A DNA stretch of 64,000 nt. It comes from Bdellovibrionales bacterium (lineage in GTDB: Bacteria > Bdellovibrionota > Bdellovibrionia > Bdellovibrionales > UBA1609). Location of the stretch: contig OZ241329.1 in assembly GCA_965199825.1 (NCBI GenBank), positions 32,001-96,000 of the forward strand, in the 5' to 3' direction. The notes beneath the pieces are model-generated. The model had not been told where the DNA came from and did not search any database. It worked only from the letters and a program-made list of their open reading frames with translations. The position numbers and the translations under genes are program-made. Positions 49,458-59,446 of the stretch are shown one piece after another. Each line of letters begins with the position of its first letter. Positions within the stretch are counted from its first letter, which is position 1.

Positions 49458-50875
49458 CGATTCAGCTGCTGGGCAGTTAAGGCTTCAACCTCGCCAATCG
49501 TTTTTAAATCAGACAAAAGACTTCGAGGTGCAAACACTTGGATCTTCATATTTTGAGGATTGATATGTTTTGCGATCGCCAAATCCACATCTTTTTTGGT
49601 GATACGATCTATGTTTTCAAAATAATATTTGAGGTAATCGTCTTTGATTCCATAAAATCGTAAAATCAATAAGTTTTGGGCAAGACGCTCTGAAGTTTCG
49701 AGCACCTGTGGGAACAAACCTTTTAAGTAGCTCTTTGCACTCGCCAACTCTTGTTCGGTCACACCGGTTTTTTTGAACGTCTCTAAAACCTGAAACGCAG
49801 TTTGAATCAGCTCTTTGGTTTTTTCGATTCGTGTGGGGCTTGAAATCTCAAATGGCCCAACTCCTAAACGGGCGTCAAAATTAGAATCCACCGAGTAAGT
49901 TAAAGCGCGGCGAATTCTTATTTCATCAAACAAGCGCGAGGTAAAACTCATTCCACCAAGAATCGAATTGGCCACTCGGACGGTTAAAAAATCTGGATCT
50001 GATCTCTTGATCCCTTCGCTTCCGATTCGAACTTGGGCTTGCTTTAAATCGGCTCGCTCAATCAAACGGATTTTAAGTCCTTCAATTTTAGGAAAGCTAT
50101 CCACCGGTGGAGGCTTAACTTCCTTAGGTTCCCAATTTTGAGTAAATGTTTCGAGTTGGGTTTGAATATTGGGATCAAAATTGCCAACAACCGCCAAGAT
50201 CGAATTGTTGGGACGAAAGGTATTTAAATATTGGCGAATAATGGTTTTACGAGTCATCGCCTTGATACTTTTTAATGTTCCATGAGTGGGGCGTCCATAA
50301 GGGTGATCCACACCGTAGAGATAAGTTTCGAATGCCTCTGCAGAAAAGTGTTCGGGATCATCAAGCACCTGCCGAATACCCGACAGTGCGCGGCTGCGGA
50401 TCCGCTGAAGTTCGGCCTCAGAAAATGCGGGCTCGGTGAGAATCTCAAAAAAGTTTTTTAAAATAATATCTCGGTGCTGCGACAAGCCTTGTGCTGCAAC
50501 CACGGTGTATTCCTTATCAACATGAGCCGAGAAGCTTGCACCCAGTTGGCCAAAACTATTTGCAATTTGTGAGGCCGATTGATGAACAGTTCCCTGATCA
50601 ATCAGTGCTCCCACCATAAATTGAGCGCCCGGCGAATCTTTAGGATCTGATGTGCTTCCCGACTCAACCAAAAGTTGAAGACTAAATGTCGGCAGGCGAT
50701 CATCGTCGATCAACAAAACTCTTAAACCATTTTTTAGTTTTATTTCTTTAAAGGGATGAACATTGTAGGTCGAAGAATTAAATGTTTTTTGAATTTTGCC
50801 CATTGAAGCGCAGCTCAGAATACCAGTGCAGCTGAAAAAGCCACCTACCGCTAACATTAAAAAAAAATTTTTCAT
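49454..50875 (-). CDS. M16 family peptidase, non-catalytic subunit
   Basis: LKNGL, GS..DP.D.PG, HPYG and ILGG..FTSRLF.EIR; lacks HXXEH. Confidence 0.88.
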   Translation of the reverse strand: MKNFFLMLAVGGFFSCTGILSCASMGKIQKTFNSSTYNVHPFKEIKLKNGLRVLLIDDDRLPTFSLQLLVESGSTSDPKDSPGAQFMVGALIDQGTVHQSASQIANSFGQLGASFSAHVDKEYTVVAAQGLSQHRDIILKNFFEILTEPAFSEAELQRIRSRALSGIRQVLDDPEHFSAEAFETYLYGVDHPYGRPTHGTLKSIKAMTRKTIIRQYLNTFRPNNSILAVVGNFDPNIQTQLETFTQNWEPKEVKPPPVDSFPKIEGLKIRLIERADLKQAQVRIGSEGIKRSDPDFLTVRVANSILGGMSFTSRLFDEIRIRRALTYSVDSNFDARLGVGPFEISSPTRIEKTKELIQTAFQVLETFKKTGVTEQELASAKSYLKGLFPQVLETSERLAQNLLILRFYGIKDDYLKYYFENIDRITKKDVDLAIAKHINPQNMKIQVFAPRSLLSDLKTIGEVEALTAQQLNR

Positions 50876-50879
50876 CAAA

Positions 50880-52187
50880 CTACTCCTGTTTTCCTTGAGG
50901 CACGACCTGAACCAATGACTGACGCTGCGGAAGTAAATATTTTTTTGCGACCGATTGAATTTGTTCGGCGGTGATTGCCTTATATCTTTCGAGGTCGGCA
51001 AAAAGCTCACGATAATCCCCGCGCAACATTTCGTTAATCTCAAACGCTCGAGCTTTACCGTTATTGGTTTTTAGTGAATTCACATAATCGTTCATCACCT
51101 GATTTTTTGCTTTTTCGAGTTCAAGTTCAGACACCGGTTGCTCGCGAAGTTTGCGAATTTCTGCGGCCACACTTTGGGCAGCGCCTTGAGGCGAGCCGCC
51201 GGGCTTTAGAGCCACGTTGACTTCAAAAAGGCCTGCAAACTGCGGTGTCCAAGAAGAGGCTTGGACATTTGCGGCGATTTGTTTTTCATAAACCATTTTA
51301 CGATACAGACGTGATGACGGCCCTTCACCCAAAATTCCTGAGAGCAGATCCATGGCATAGGCATCGGACTCACCCGCTTTTGCCGCAGGATAAACCATTG
51401 CAAAAGTGGCGTTTTGAACTTGGCGCGAGATCGTCACGTTGCGTGGCGATTTTTGTTCAGGCTCAGGTTTTATCACAATTGCTGGCACAACTCCTCGGGG
51501 AATTGCCGAATAATATTTGTCGATCAAGATTTTTGCGTCTGATTTTTTAAAGTCACCAACAATGGTGATCACCGCATTACTTGGAACATAGTACGTGTTA
51601 TAAAAAGTTTTAAAATCTTCGATTGTGGCGGCATTTAAATCTTTCATGCTCCCGATCGTTGTGCCGCCGTAAGGATGAATTTTAAAAACGGTTTTAAAAA
51701 GTGCATCTTGTAGAATGCCAGAGACCTCATCATCAAAGCGCATTCTGCGCTCTTCTTTCACCACTTCGCGCTCTTGATTGATCGGTCCTAAATCAAATTT
51801 TAAATTTCTTAATCGGTCGGCTTCAAGCTCAACGATGGTTTCTAATTTACCCGCAGGAAGTGAAGTATAAAAAGCGGTGTAATCAACAGTGGTTTCGGCA
51901 TTAAAATCTCCACCGCGCGATCGGATAATATTTTGAAAATCTCCGTCGGGATGTTTGGTGGTCCCTTTAAACATCAAGTGCTCAAAAAAATGGGCAAGAC
52001 CTGTGCGGCCTGGCTGCTCGTAGGCAGAGCCCACCCGAATCCACTGATGATAGGTAAATGCCGGAGTGTTATGATCTTCGTAAAGCAAAACGGTTAAACC
52101 GTTGCTCAGCTGATATTTTTCAACATCAAGATGGATTTGTTGCGAAAAAGCGAGGGATTGAAAAATAACAAAAAACAAAAACAGCAT
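50880..52187 (-). CDS. M16 family zinc peptidase, catalytic subunit
   Basis: GLAHFFEHLMFKGT (HXXEH), EREVVKEER and HPY; GAAGGAG RBS. Confidence 0.94.
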   Translation of the reverse strand: MLFLFFVIFQSLAFSQQIHLDVEKYQLSNGLTVLLYEDHNTPAFTYHQWIRVGSAYEQPGRTGLAHFFEHLMFKGTTKHPDGDFQNIIRSRGGDFNAETTVDYTAFYTSLPAGKLETIVELEADRLRNLKFDLGPINQEREVVKEERRMRFDDEVSGILQDALFKTVFKIHPYGGTTIGSMKDLNAATIEDFKTFYNTYYVPSNAVITIVGDFKKSDAKILIDKYYSAIPRGVVPAIVIKPEPEQKSPRNVTISRQVQNATFAMVYPAAKAGESDAYAMDLLSGILGEGPSSRLYRKMVYEKQIAANVQASSWTPQFAGLFEVNVALKPGGSPQGAAQSVAAEIRKLREQPVSELELEKAKNQVMNDYVNSLKTNNGKARAFEINEMLRGDYRELFADLERYKAITAEQIQSVAKKYLLPQRQSLVQVVPQGKQE

Positions 52188-52242
52188 TAAGTAGTTCTCC
52201 TTCAAGCTGTTTTAGTCTCAACAGAATTTTAAAGGATGTCAC

Positions 52243-52746
52243 TTACTGAATGACAAAATCATTAAAGTAAACTTGGCGAACCACTCCACGTTTCATGTAT
52301 CCGTTGAGTTGGGCAAGAATCTGATTTTTTAATTGAAGCTTACCTTGAACCGTTTCAAGCTCATCGTAGGTTTTGCTATTTAATAAATGCATCAAACTAT
52401 CTCGAGCCGCAGCACCGAGTTCGACCGCTTCTTCAAAACCATTTTGATCCAGCATTTCTAAAGAGATTTGCAAACGAACGAGCCGTCTTGGAATCCCATC
52501 AAGATTTGTCGTGAGCGTATCCATGGTGTAAACCGCAGGTTTTGTATCAAGTTCTTTATGAAATTCTTCGAGCTCATGAAGGGCCTGTTGCTCACTTAAG
52601 GACTTTGGTTCAAAGCCTAAAGTTTGGGTGTAAATATAAAACACCACCCCGCCTAAGATTGCGAGATTGATTCCAAAAAAAACTGGACCGAAAAGTTTTC
52701 CCAGTTTACTGGATGACGGTGATGAGGGTTTTGCTTCGTCTGCCAT
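52243..52746 (-). CDS. fliL: Flagellar basal body-associated protein FliL
   Basis: N-terminal TM, TNL, RDSL..LL..KT..EL..VQGK..LK..I and VYFNDFVIQ. Confidence 0.88.
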   Translation of the reverse strand: MADEAKPSSPSSSKLGKLFGPVFFGINLAILGGVVFYIYTQTLGFEPKSLSEQQALHELEEFHKELDTKPAVYTMDTLTTNLDGIPRRLVRLQISLEMLDQNGFEEAVELGAAARDSLMHLLNSKTYDELETVQGKLQLKNQILAQLNGYMKRGVVRQVYFNDFVIQ

Positions 52747-52755
52747 GCTTATTGT

Positions 52756-52782
52756 TTATCGGCATTTTGTGCGAGGATTAAA
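52756..52782 (-). promoter_or_regulatory. Sigma28 (FliA)-type promoter of fliL
   Basis: Minus strand TTTA-N15-GCCGATAA, 9 nt before the ATG. Confidence 0.65.
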
Positions 52783-52865
52783 GTCGAGGATGCTGAATTT
52801 TTACGAGTGAGAAACAGACCTGGACCGATCTTGACAAGACGCTCTGACTCAGCGGAAATGAATAT

Positions 52866-53840
52866 ATGCCTTATGTTTATGCCCTAAGCTTTTTAACCGC
52901 CTGGTTTTGCCTTGCCCAAGACGATCTTGACCCCAAGGCCGTAAAACCTCCAGAAGGGCTTGTGCCCGAAGCCCTGCTCCAAATGGGCGACACCTTCACC
53001 GATTACGCCTTTGTGATGGATAAGACCTCGCGCACATTAAGTGTTTGGAAACATGGCAAAGATCATCCCGAATTCGTGGCGGCTCATCCCGCCGATATGG
53101 GCCGAACGCCTGGCAACAAATCTTCAAGCGGCGATTTTAGAACTCCCGAAGGGATCTATTTTTTTGAAAAAAAGCTCGAAAGCAAAGAGCTCGATTTTAA
53201 CGAATACGGCAACATGGCCTTTACAATGAACTATCCCAATCTCTTTGATCGCTTTGAGAAAAAAACGGGCGGTGGAATTTGGCTTCATGCGATCCCCGAC
53301 ACAAAATCTTTGTTAAGAGGATCACGCGGTTGTGTGGTTGTTCGTAATAATATTATTTCGACTTTAAATCCTTATATCCAAATCGGTCGCACTCCGATTG
53401 TTGTGACCGATAAGGTGAAATATGTTTCTGCCGAGGAGCTTGTGATCAAGCGGAGTGAGGTCCTAACCTGGCTTGAAGCTTGGCGTAAAGATTGGGAATC
53501 AAAAGATATTGATGCCTACATCCAATTTTATCACGATGGCTTTAGTAGCACCGGAATGAACAAATCGGCATGGCGAAATTTTAAAAAGACCTTGAACGAA
53601 AAATACTCATTTATAAAAGTTGAACTCAAAGAGCCCGCAATTTTTGTTCAGGGCGACAAATGGATTATCCATTTTTATCAGGTGTATCAATCTGATCAAA
53701 AAACCGATTTTGGTGAAAAGACTTTATTTGTCACAACATCAAAAAGTCGACCCGCAATTTTGGGCGAAGTTTGGCAACCTCTTGCCGATCAACAAATTGC
53801 CCGAAAGCTTTCTTCGCAATCCGAGCCTCAGACTTTTTAA
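52866..53840 (+). CDS. L,D-transpeptidase/carboxypeptidase (YkuD) with C-terminal NTF2 domain, Bd1075/Csd6-like
   Basis: GD.RTPEGIY, NYPN..D...KTG.GIWLH and SRGCVV catalytic motifs; C-terminal W...WESKDIDAY..FY NTF2-like domain. Confidence 0.88.
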   Translation: MPYVYALSFLTAWFCLAQDDLDPKAVKPPEGLVPEALLQMGDTFTDYAFVMDKTSRTLSVWKHGKDHPEFVAAHPADMGRTPGNKSSSGDFRTPEGIYFFEKKLESKELDFNEYGNMAFTMNYPNLFDRFEKKTGGGIWLHAIPDTKSLLRGSRGCVVVRNNIISTLNPYIQIGRTPIVVTDKVKYVSAEELVIKRSEVLTWLEAWRKDWESKDIDAYIQFYHDGFSSTGMNKSAWRNFKKTLNEKYSFIKVELKEPAIFVQGDKWIIHFYQVYQSDQKTDFGEKTLFVTTSKSRPAILGEVWQPLADQQIARKLSSQSEPQTF

Positions 53841-53850
53841 TTAAAAACGA

Positions 53851-54039
53851 CTAATAATTAAAACGGTCTGAGTTGGTGGAGTTATCCATCTTCAATTTTT
53901 CAGCTTGATGATTAAGATCTGGAAGTTCACGCATGCGCGTCTCAACTTCTTCTTCACTGATCACACCGAGGGTGAGATTGCGTTCGATCAATCGCGTATC
54001 AAATTTTTTTGCTTCTAAAGCTGAACCTAAATCTACCAT
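53851..54039 (-). CDS. Small hypothetical protein
   Basis: GGGAG RBS; FDTRLIERNL..G.I...E.....LPD; last gene of the operon. Confidence 0.65.
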   Translation of the reverse strand: MVDLGSALEAKKFDTRLIERNLTLGVISEEEVETRMRELPDLNHQAEKLKMDNSTNSDRFNY

Positions 54040-54047
54040 CTAACTCC

Positions 54048-54815
54048 CTAGTTCCAGTATCGTGGGCCTTTTTGTTTATCTTCGTCTTGTGGATTGTTAT
54101 TTACTACAAGCTTCAATTGGCGTCCATGTCTTTGAGTTCCCTTGCGCACGCGCCGGCTTTGGTAGCGGTTATAGCCCCACAAAAATAAAAATCCCGAAGC
54201 AATTCCACCCAGATGGGCAAGGTTGGCAATATCTCCACGAAAGCCTGACTCTAAAAGCATCACAAATTCGATTCCGCCCAAAAGCATCACAAAGTAGCGC
54301 GCCTTCATCGGAAACAGCATCATGAAAAAAACCAAACGCTCACCAAATAAAATTCCGTAAGCTACGAGCAATCCAAAAATTGCACCCGACGCGCCCACCA
54401 CCGGAATCGTCAATGGAACAAAATTGTTGGTGATCAAAAAATAACCGAGCACCGCAAGCAAATACAAAATTCCCGCACCCGCTCCAGAAACCAAATAATA
54501 GGTGAGAAAAAACTTAGATCCCCAACGCTGCTCAAGTTCTGATCCGAGCCACCACAACATCACCATATTAAACACAACATGCATCACACCTTGGGAATGG
54601 ATAAACATGTACGTGAGTGGTTGCCATATCCAAAAGCTGTTGATCATTTTTTCAGGAATCAGTCCGAGATACAAAAAGAGTGAGGCATCACCCATGACTA
54701 GATTTTGAAATATTAAAACACCAAAAAGCCAAACGCTCATATTGATGATGATGAGCCATTTTACTATTTTGGTCAGCGGCATCACCATCTGCATATTGTA
54801 ATTCTGATTATTCAT
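54048..54815 (-). CDS. Rhomboid family intramembrane serine protease
   Basis: WQPLTYMFIH, HVVFNM, GASG (catalytic Ser) and AHLGG. Confidence 0.94.
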   Translation of the reverse strand: MNNQNYNMQMVMPLTKIVKWLIIINMSVWLFGVLIFQNLVMGDASLFLYLGLIPEKMINSFWIWQPLTYMFIHSQGVMHVVFNMVMLWWLGSELEQRWGSKFFLTYYLVSGAGAGILYLLAVLGYFLITNNFVPLTIPVVGASGAIFGLLVAYGILFGERLVFFMMLFPMKARYFVMLLGGIEFVMLLESGFRGDIANLAHLGGIASGFLFLWGYNRYQSRRVRKGTQRHGRQLKLVVNNNPQDEDKQKGPRYWN

Positions 54816-55240
54816 GGATTCACCTTTTGGGTTAATTCAATCAAAACACCCCCTGTTGCCCTCGGATGGACAAAAGCGATGAGACACTGATGGGCTCCCG
54901 GTTGTGGTTCTTGGTGCACCAACCGGATGTTTTGGTCTTTTAAATTTTTAAGAGTTGAGCGCAAATCCTGAACTCTAAGAGCGATATGGTGAATTCCGGG
55001 CCCGCGTTGATCAAGAAATTTTTGAACAGGTCCGGTTTTATTCAATGGTTCTAAAAGTTCGATCCGTGATTGATTTGTGAGCTCAAGCATTCCAACGCGC
55101 ACCTTTTCATTTTCGACGATTTCAATATTCATGGTCTTAAAGCCAAGAGCCTCATAAAATCGAAAACCATTTTCAAGATTCTCAACCGCAATCCCAATAT
55201 GATCGAGTTTATAACCTGCAAATGTCTCAGGAATATTCAT
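54812..55240 (-). CDS. mce: Methylmalonyl-CoA epimerase (VOC family)
   Basis: DHIGIAV, IELLEP, GPGIHHIA, GAH...AFVHP and GGVLIEL. Confidence 0.88.
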   Translation of the reverse strand: MNIPETFAGYKLDHIGIAVENLENGFRFYEALGFKTMNIEIVENEKVRVGMLELTNQSRIELLEPLNKTGPVQKFLDQRGPGIHHIALRVQDLRSTLKNLKDQNIRLVHQEPQPGAHQCLIAFVHPRATGGVLIELTQKVNP

Positions 55241-55755
55241 AGCTCGAGGTTATCAAATCTTGGTTTTAATTTGTAGTAAGACTGCTCCAAAGTTTCAGGA
55301 AGGACTTTGGTGTTGGCAATCAGTGGAAAAAAGTTGGTGTCGCCCTTCCACCTGGGAATCAGATGCCAATGCAAATGGTCCGGAATCCCCGCCCCTGCTG
55401 CTGAGCCATGGTTGAGTCCAATGTTGAGTCCAGGACACTGATAGGCTTCAAGTAAAATTTCAGCACAGTGCTTTACGACTAAGCTCAACTTTTGAAAATC
55501 ATCGTTTGAGAGCTTGGTGAGTTCCCCTAAATGTTTTCGAGGCAACACTAAGAGATGACCGGTATTGTAGGGATATTTATTTAAAATCACAATTTGCTTT
55601 GAAGAGCGCCATAGGACCAAGGTTTCAAAACTTTTGGTCTTTACCTTTGCGGCCTCACAAAAAACGCAAGCTTCGGAGCGCTGGCCCCGAACATAATCAA
55701 GGCGGTCCGGCCGCATGAGAATCTGACGCTCATTGGGCCATTTCGCCTTGGCCAC
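55237..55755 (-). CDS. HIT-domain hydrolase (Ap4A hydrolase-like)
   Basis: CVFC, LNKYPYNTGH and AGAGIPDHLHWHLIPRW. Confidence 0.92.
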   Translation of the reverse strand: MAKAKWPNERQILMRPDRLDYVRGQRSEACVFCEAAKVKTKSFETLVLWRSSKQIVILNKYPYNTGHLLVLPRKHLGELTKLSNDDFQKLSLVVKHCAEILLEAYQCPGLNIGLNHGSAAGAGIPDHLHWHLIPRWKGDTNFFPLIANTKVLPETLEQSYYKLKPRFDNLEL

Positions 55756-56667
55756 TTAAAAGCTCCAGCTCCCAGGAACAAGATAAAGAGGCTTTCCTGA
55801 GAGGGCCAACGGGGTCACTCCAAGCACGTGGGACACACTGCTTTTTGCTTCATCCGAAAAATAATCCAAAAGGCTTTCGCGTTTTTTTGGTGGCTTAAAT
55901 AATTTTGGTTTACCACTCAAACCCGCGAGCTTTCCGGCAATCCGGACCGCATCTTCAAATGTGCCAACCTCATCCGCAAATCCGAGTTTGACCGCGGTTT
56001 GACCCGTAAACACGCGGCCGTCGGTATTTTCATCGAGCACTTGCGGATCGATTTTGCGATTGTCACGCACGGTGGATTTAAATTGCTCATACACTTCGCT
56101 GATTAAAGATTGAAACAGCTTGTGCTCTTCGGGTCGCATCGCGCGATACTCGGAACCCGAATCCTTAAATTGACCTGAGGTGATTGTATAACGATGGACC
56201 TTGGCCCAGTCGTAGAGTTTTTCGAGATTTGCAAATTCCATGATCACACCAATAGAACCCATCAGGGTGCCCGGATTGGTGATGATCTTTGTTGCCGCAA
56301 CCGCGATATAGTAGGCCCCACTGGCCGCAAGACCCGAGCAAGAAACCACAACCGGTTTTTTTAATTCATCACGAACACGCTTTAATTCCGAGAAGATCTC
56401 TTGGCTTGGACCTACCACTCCGCCGGGTGAGTTGACCTGGACCACAATGCCCTTAATTTTATCATCGTCGCGATAGTTTTTAAGCTTTTCTAAAAAATCT
56501 TTGCCATCGAGAATCATTCCCTCAAGCTCAAGATGAAGCAGAGAGTTTTCGCTCACCTTCGGATTAGATCCCCCCATCATTTGCATAACGCCGGTAAGGG
56601 AAATCAAGATCCCAACCAAAACCAAAAATCCAACCGCGGTGAAAATCCAACGAACCATTTTACTCAT
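55756..56667 (-). CDS. sppA: Signal peptide peptidase SppA (S49)
   Basis: NSPGG, AASGAYY, GSIGV, FKD and DGRVFTG. Confidence 0.94.
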   Translation of the reverse strand: MSKMVRWIFTAVGFLVLVGILISLTGVMQMMGGSNPKVSENSLLHLELEGMILDGKDFLEKLKNYRDDDKIKGIVVQVNSPGGVVGPSQEIFSELKRVRDELKKPVVVSCSGLAASGAYYIAVAATKIITNPGTLMGSIGVIMEFANLEKLYDWAKVHRYTITSGQFKDSGSEYRAMRPEEHKLFQSLISEVYEQFKSTVRDNRKIDPQVLDENTDGRVFTGQTAVKLGFADEVGTFEDAVRIAGKLAGLSGKPKLFKPPKKRESLLDYFSDEAKSSVSHVLGVTPLALSGKPLYLVPGSWSF

Positions 56668-56706
56668 GATGTTTTAACTCCTGGAAAAGCTACAATAGGT
56701 GAAAAT

Positions 56707-56741
56707 AAAAAAAACCCAAAGCCTTTTCGACTTTGGGTTTT
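56707..56741 (-). terminator. Intrinsic terminator after rpsA
   Basis: AAAACCCAAAG/CTTTGGGTTTT stem with an A run giving a U tail on the minus strand. Confidence 0.85.
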
Positions 56742-56765
56742 GCAAATTTTTAAAAAATTTTAAGA

Positions 56766-58595
56766 CTATTCTTCTTTACGATTTGCCTCGATCGATGCCT
56801 TGAGAGTTTCGCCAAAAATATCACCTAAGCTCGTTTTAGAAGAGCTTGTTACTTTTTTAACGTAGTCTTCAACATCCACTTTTTGCTCTCTTAGTTTCAC
56901 AAGCTTCACGCTTAAACCAATTTTTCGAGCATCTTTGTCGATGGTGATGATCTCGGCACGGACCGTATCGCCCACTTTGACCACATCTTCAGGTTTTTCA
57001 ACACGCTTGGTGCTGAGCTCACTGATATGGATCAAGCCTTCGATATCGGATTCAAGTTCAACAAAAACTCCAAAATCGGCTGTTTTTGTGACCTTCACAT
57101 CGTGTTGCGAACCAATCTTATATTTGTCTTCGATATTGGCCCATGGATCATTTTCGAGTTGTTTGATTCCGAGGCTAAAGCGCTCGTTCTCAATATCAAC
57201 GCCCAAAACAACCGCGCGCAATTTGTCGCCCTTCTTAAACATTTCTGAAGGATGATTGATGCGTTTGGTCCATGAAAAATCAGAAACGTGAACAAGTCCG
57301 TCAATGCCATCTTCAATTCCGATAAAGATCCCGAAATCGGTGATCGACTTGACCTCGCCCTCGATGATTGTTCCTGGAGGATAAGACTCTTTCATATCGA
57401 GCCATGGGTTGGGCTCAAGTTGTTTCATCCCCAGACTAATACGTCGGTTGGGAGTATCAACTTCAAGCACGATCACATTGACCTCATCGCCTACTTTTAC
57501 AAGCTGCGAGGGGTGTTTGATTCGCTTGATCCAACTCATTTCGCTGACATGAATGAGACCTTCGATGCCTTCGGCCAATTCAACAAATGCGCCGTAATCT
57601 GCAAGCGACACAATTTTGCCACTGAGTTTTTTGCCCGTAGGAAATTGCGCCATAACGCTTTCCCATGGATCTGCATTCAGTTGTTTAAGACCGAGACTCA
57701 CACGCTCTTTTTCATTGTCGAATTTGAGTACTTTGACTTCGATTTCGTCGCCCACATTGACAAGTTCTGAGGGATGTTTCACACGACCCCAGCTCATGTC
57801 GGTAATGTGAAGGAGTCCATCCATTCCGCCAAGATCGATAAATGCACCATAGTCAGTAATGTTTTTAACAATACCGCGAACAACCGATCCTTCTTTCATC
57901 GCATCCAAAGTTTGGGTGCGAAGAGTCTCGCGTTCTTCTTCTAGAAGTGCGCGACGCGAAAGAACAATGTTGCCACGTTTTTTATTAAACTTAATAACTT
58001 TAAATTTATAGCGCTTACCAATGTACACATCCATGTTTCGCACTGGGCGAAGATCAATCTGTGAACCCGGCAAGAAAGCTTTCACACCGATATCGACAGA
58101 CAATCCACCCTTAACTTTGGCGATAATTGTACCTTCGATCACCTCTTGGTTTTCGGCGGCTCGTGAAATATCGTTCCATGCGCGCAACATGTCGGCTTTG
58201 TCTTTACTCAAGACCACCATGCCATTTTCATTTTCAATGCGATCAATATAAACTTCGACGACTTCGCCGACTTTTACATTACGTTCACCTTCGACAACCC
58301 GAAACTCAGAGATAGGAATAAGACCTTCGCTCTTGTAACTGATATCGACAAGAACGTAATCTTCTTGCACTTCAACGACGCGACCTGAAACAACGTCACC
58401 AACTTTGAAATCACTATCTTGAAGGCTCTGCTTGAACATCTGTTCAAACGTTTCGCCATTTGCTTGTTCCGGATTTCCGTAGAGACCCGGATTTGCGGGG
58501 ACTTCTTTATCAGCTTCGTCGAGGATCGAGAGAACTTTGTCGCGTTCCGATTGTGCTTTTGATTTACTCAACTTAGACCCCATCTGTTCTGCCAT
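56766..58595 (-). CDS. rpsA: 30S ribosomal protein S1
   Basis: Six S1 repeats (YGAFIDLG, DGLLHITDMSW, EGLIHVSEMSW and others); GAGGAGG RBS. Confidence 0.98.
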   Translation of the reverse strand: MAEQMGSKLSKSKAQSERDKVLSILDEADKEVPANPGLYGNPEQANGETFEQMFKQSLQDSDFKVGDVVSGRVVEVQEDYVLVDISYKSEGLIPISEFRVVEGERNVKVGEVVEVYIDRIENENGMVVLSKDKADMLRAWNDISRAAENQEVIEGTIIAKVKGGLSVDIGVKAFLPGSQIDLRPVRNMDVYIGKRYKFKVIKFNKKRGNIVLSRRALLEEERETLRTQTLDAMKEGSVVRGIVKNITDYGAFIDLGGMDGLLHITDMSWGRVKHPSELVNVGDEIEVKVLKFDNEKERVSLGLKQLNADPWESVMAQFPTGKKLSGKIVSLADYGAFVELAEGIEGLIHVSEMSWIKRIKHPSQLVKVGDEVNVIVLEVDTPNRRISLGMKQLEPNPWLDMKESYPPGTIIEGEVKSITDFGIFIGIEDGIDGLVHVSDFSWTKRINHPSEMFKKGDKLRAVVLGVDIENERFSLGIKQLENDPWANIEDKYKIGSQHDVKVTKTADFGVFVELESDIEGLIHISELSTKRVEKPEDVVKVGDTVRAEIITIDKDARKIGLSVKLVKLREQKVDVEDYVKKVTSSSKTSLGDIFGETLKASIEANRKEE

Positions 58596-58673
58596 ACGCA
58601 AAGGTTACCTCCTCTGGGACACCCAACTCCCTTGCTTTAGAGGGGCCCTATTGAATTGAAAGTGATCCTCGGT

Positions 58674-58701
58674 TTTATAGACTCTCGCTTCGCAATGTCA
58701 A
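58674..58701 (-). promoter_or_regulatory. Sigma70-like promoter of rpsA
   Basis: Minus strand TTGACA-16 nt-TATAAA. Confidence 0.6.
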
Positions 58702-58704
58702 CAA

Positions 58705-59367
58705 TTACAAATGCACACGGGCGCAAATGACCTGATCCACGGCCTCGATCACCTGATTCAGAGTCATTGAACTCGAATCGATGACCACCGCATCGGTGGG
58801 AACTTGTAACGGAGCAATTTCGCGATTTGTGTCTTGAGAATCACGTTTTTTTTGTTCGCGCTCGACCTTTTCGAATTGCAAACCGTGTTCGATCGAACGT
58901 CTTTGGGCGCGGTCTTGAGCGTTGGCGGTTAAATAAATTTTTATTAACGCCTCGGGAAAAATCACGGTTCCGCAATCGCGTCCTTCGGCAATTAAGACCT
59001 CTAAACCCTTTTGGCAATCCCGCTGAGCTCGTAAAAGAGCCTGGCGCACGAGTGGAAATTGGCTGATCACGCTTGCGGCCTGCCCGGTTTTTTCAGAATA
59101 AATATCGTTGGTGATATCTTTATGATTATAAAAAACCTGGGTGCGCTCCAAGTCCATCTCCACACTCCATAATGGTTCGCGTGCAAGAACACTCAAAGTG
59201 AACTCATCTTTAAAATCAATTTTTTCTAAAAGCGCAACTTGAGCAAGTCCGCGAAAAAAAGCGCCAGTTGAGACCCAGGTCCAGCCGTGGCGCCGAGCAA
59301 TTTCTCGGCTCACACTGCTTTTTCCTGAAGCGGCGGGTCCATCTAGGGTAATTATTTTTGTCGACAT
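58705..59367 (-). CDS. cmk: Cytidylate kinase
   Basis: DGPAASGKS P-loop, EGRDCGTVIFP, KIYLTA and RD..D..R..APL; upstream of rpsA. Confidence 0.95.
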   Translation of the reverse strand: MSTKIITLDGPAASGKSSVSREIARRHGWTWVSTGAFFRGLAQVALLEKIDFKDEFTLSVLAREPLWSVEMDLERTQVFYNHKDITNDIYSEKTGQAASVISQFPLVRQALLRAQRDCQKGLEVLIAEGRDCGTVIFPEALIKIYLTANAQDRAQRRSIEHGLQFEKVEREQKKRDSQDTNREIAPLQVPTDAVVIDSSSMTLNQVIEAVDQVICARVHL

Positions 59368-59446
59368 ATTTAAAACCAATGCTTGAGCGAAATTCTGTAA
59401 AAGTTTATTTGTACCCGTTAATTGTTGCGATTATTAAGGACACAAT

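Noticed and set aside
56766..58595. Internal repeats in rpsA
   Set aside because: Explained by the normal tandem S1 domains.
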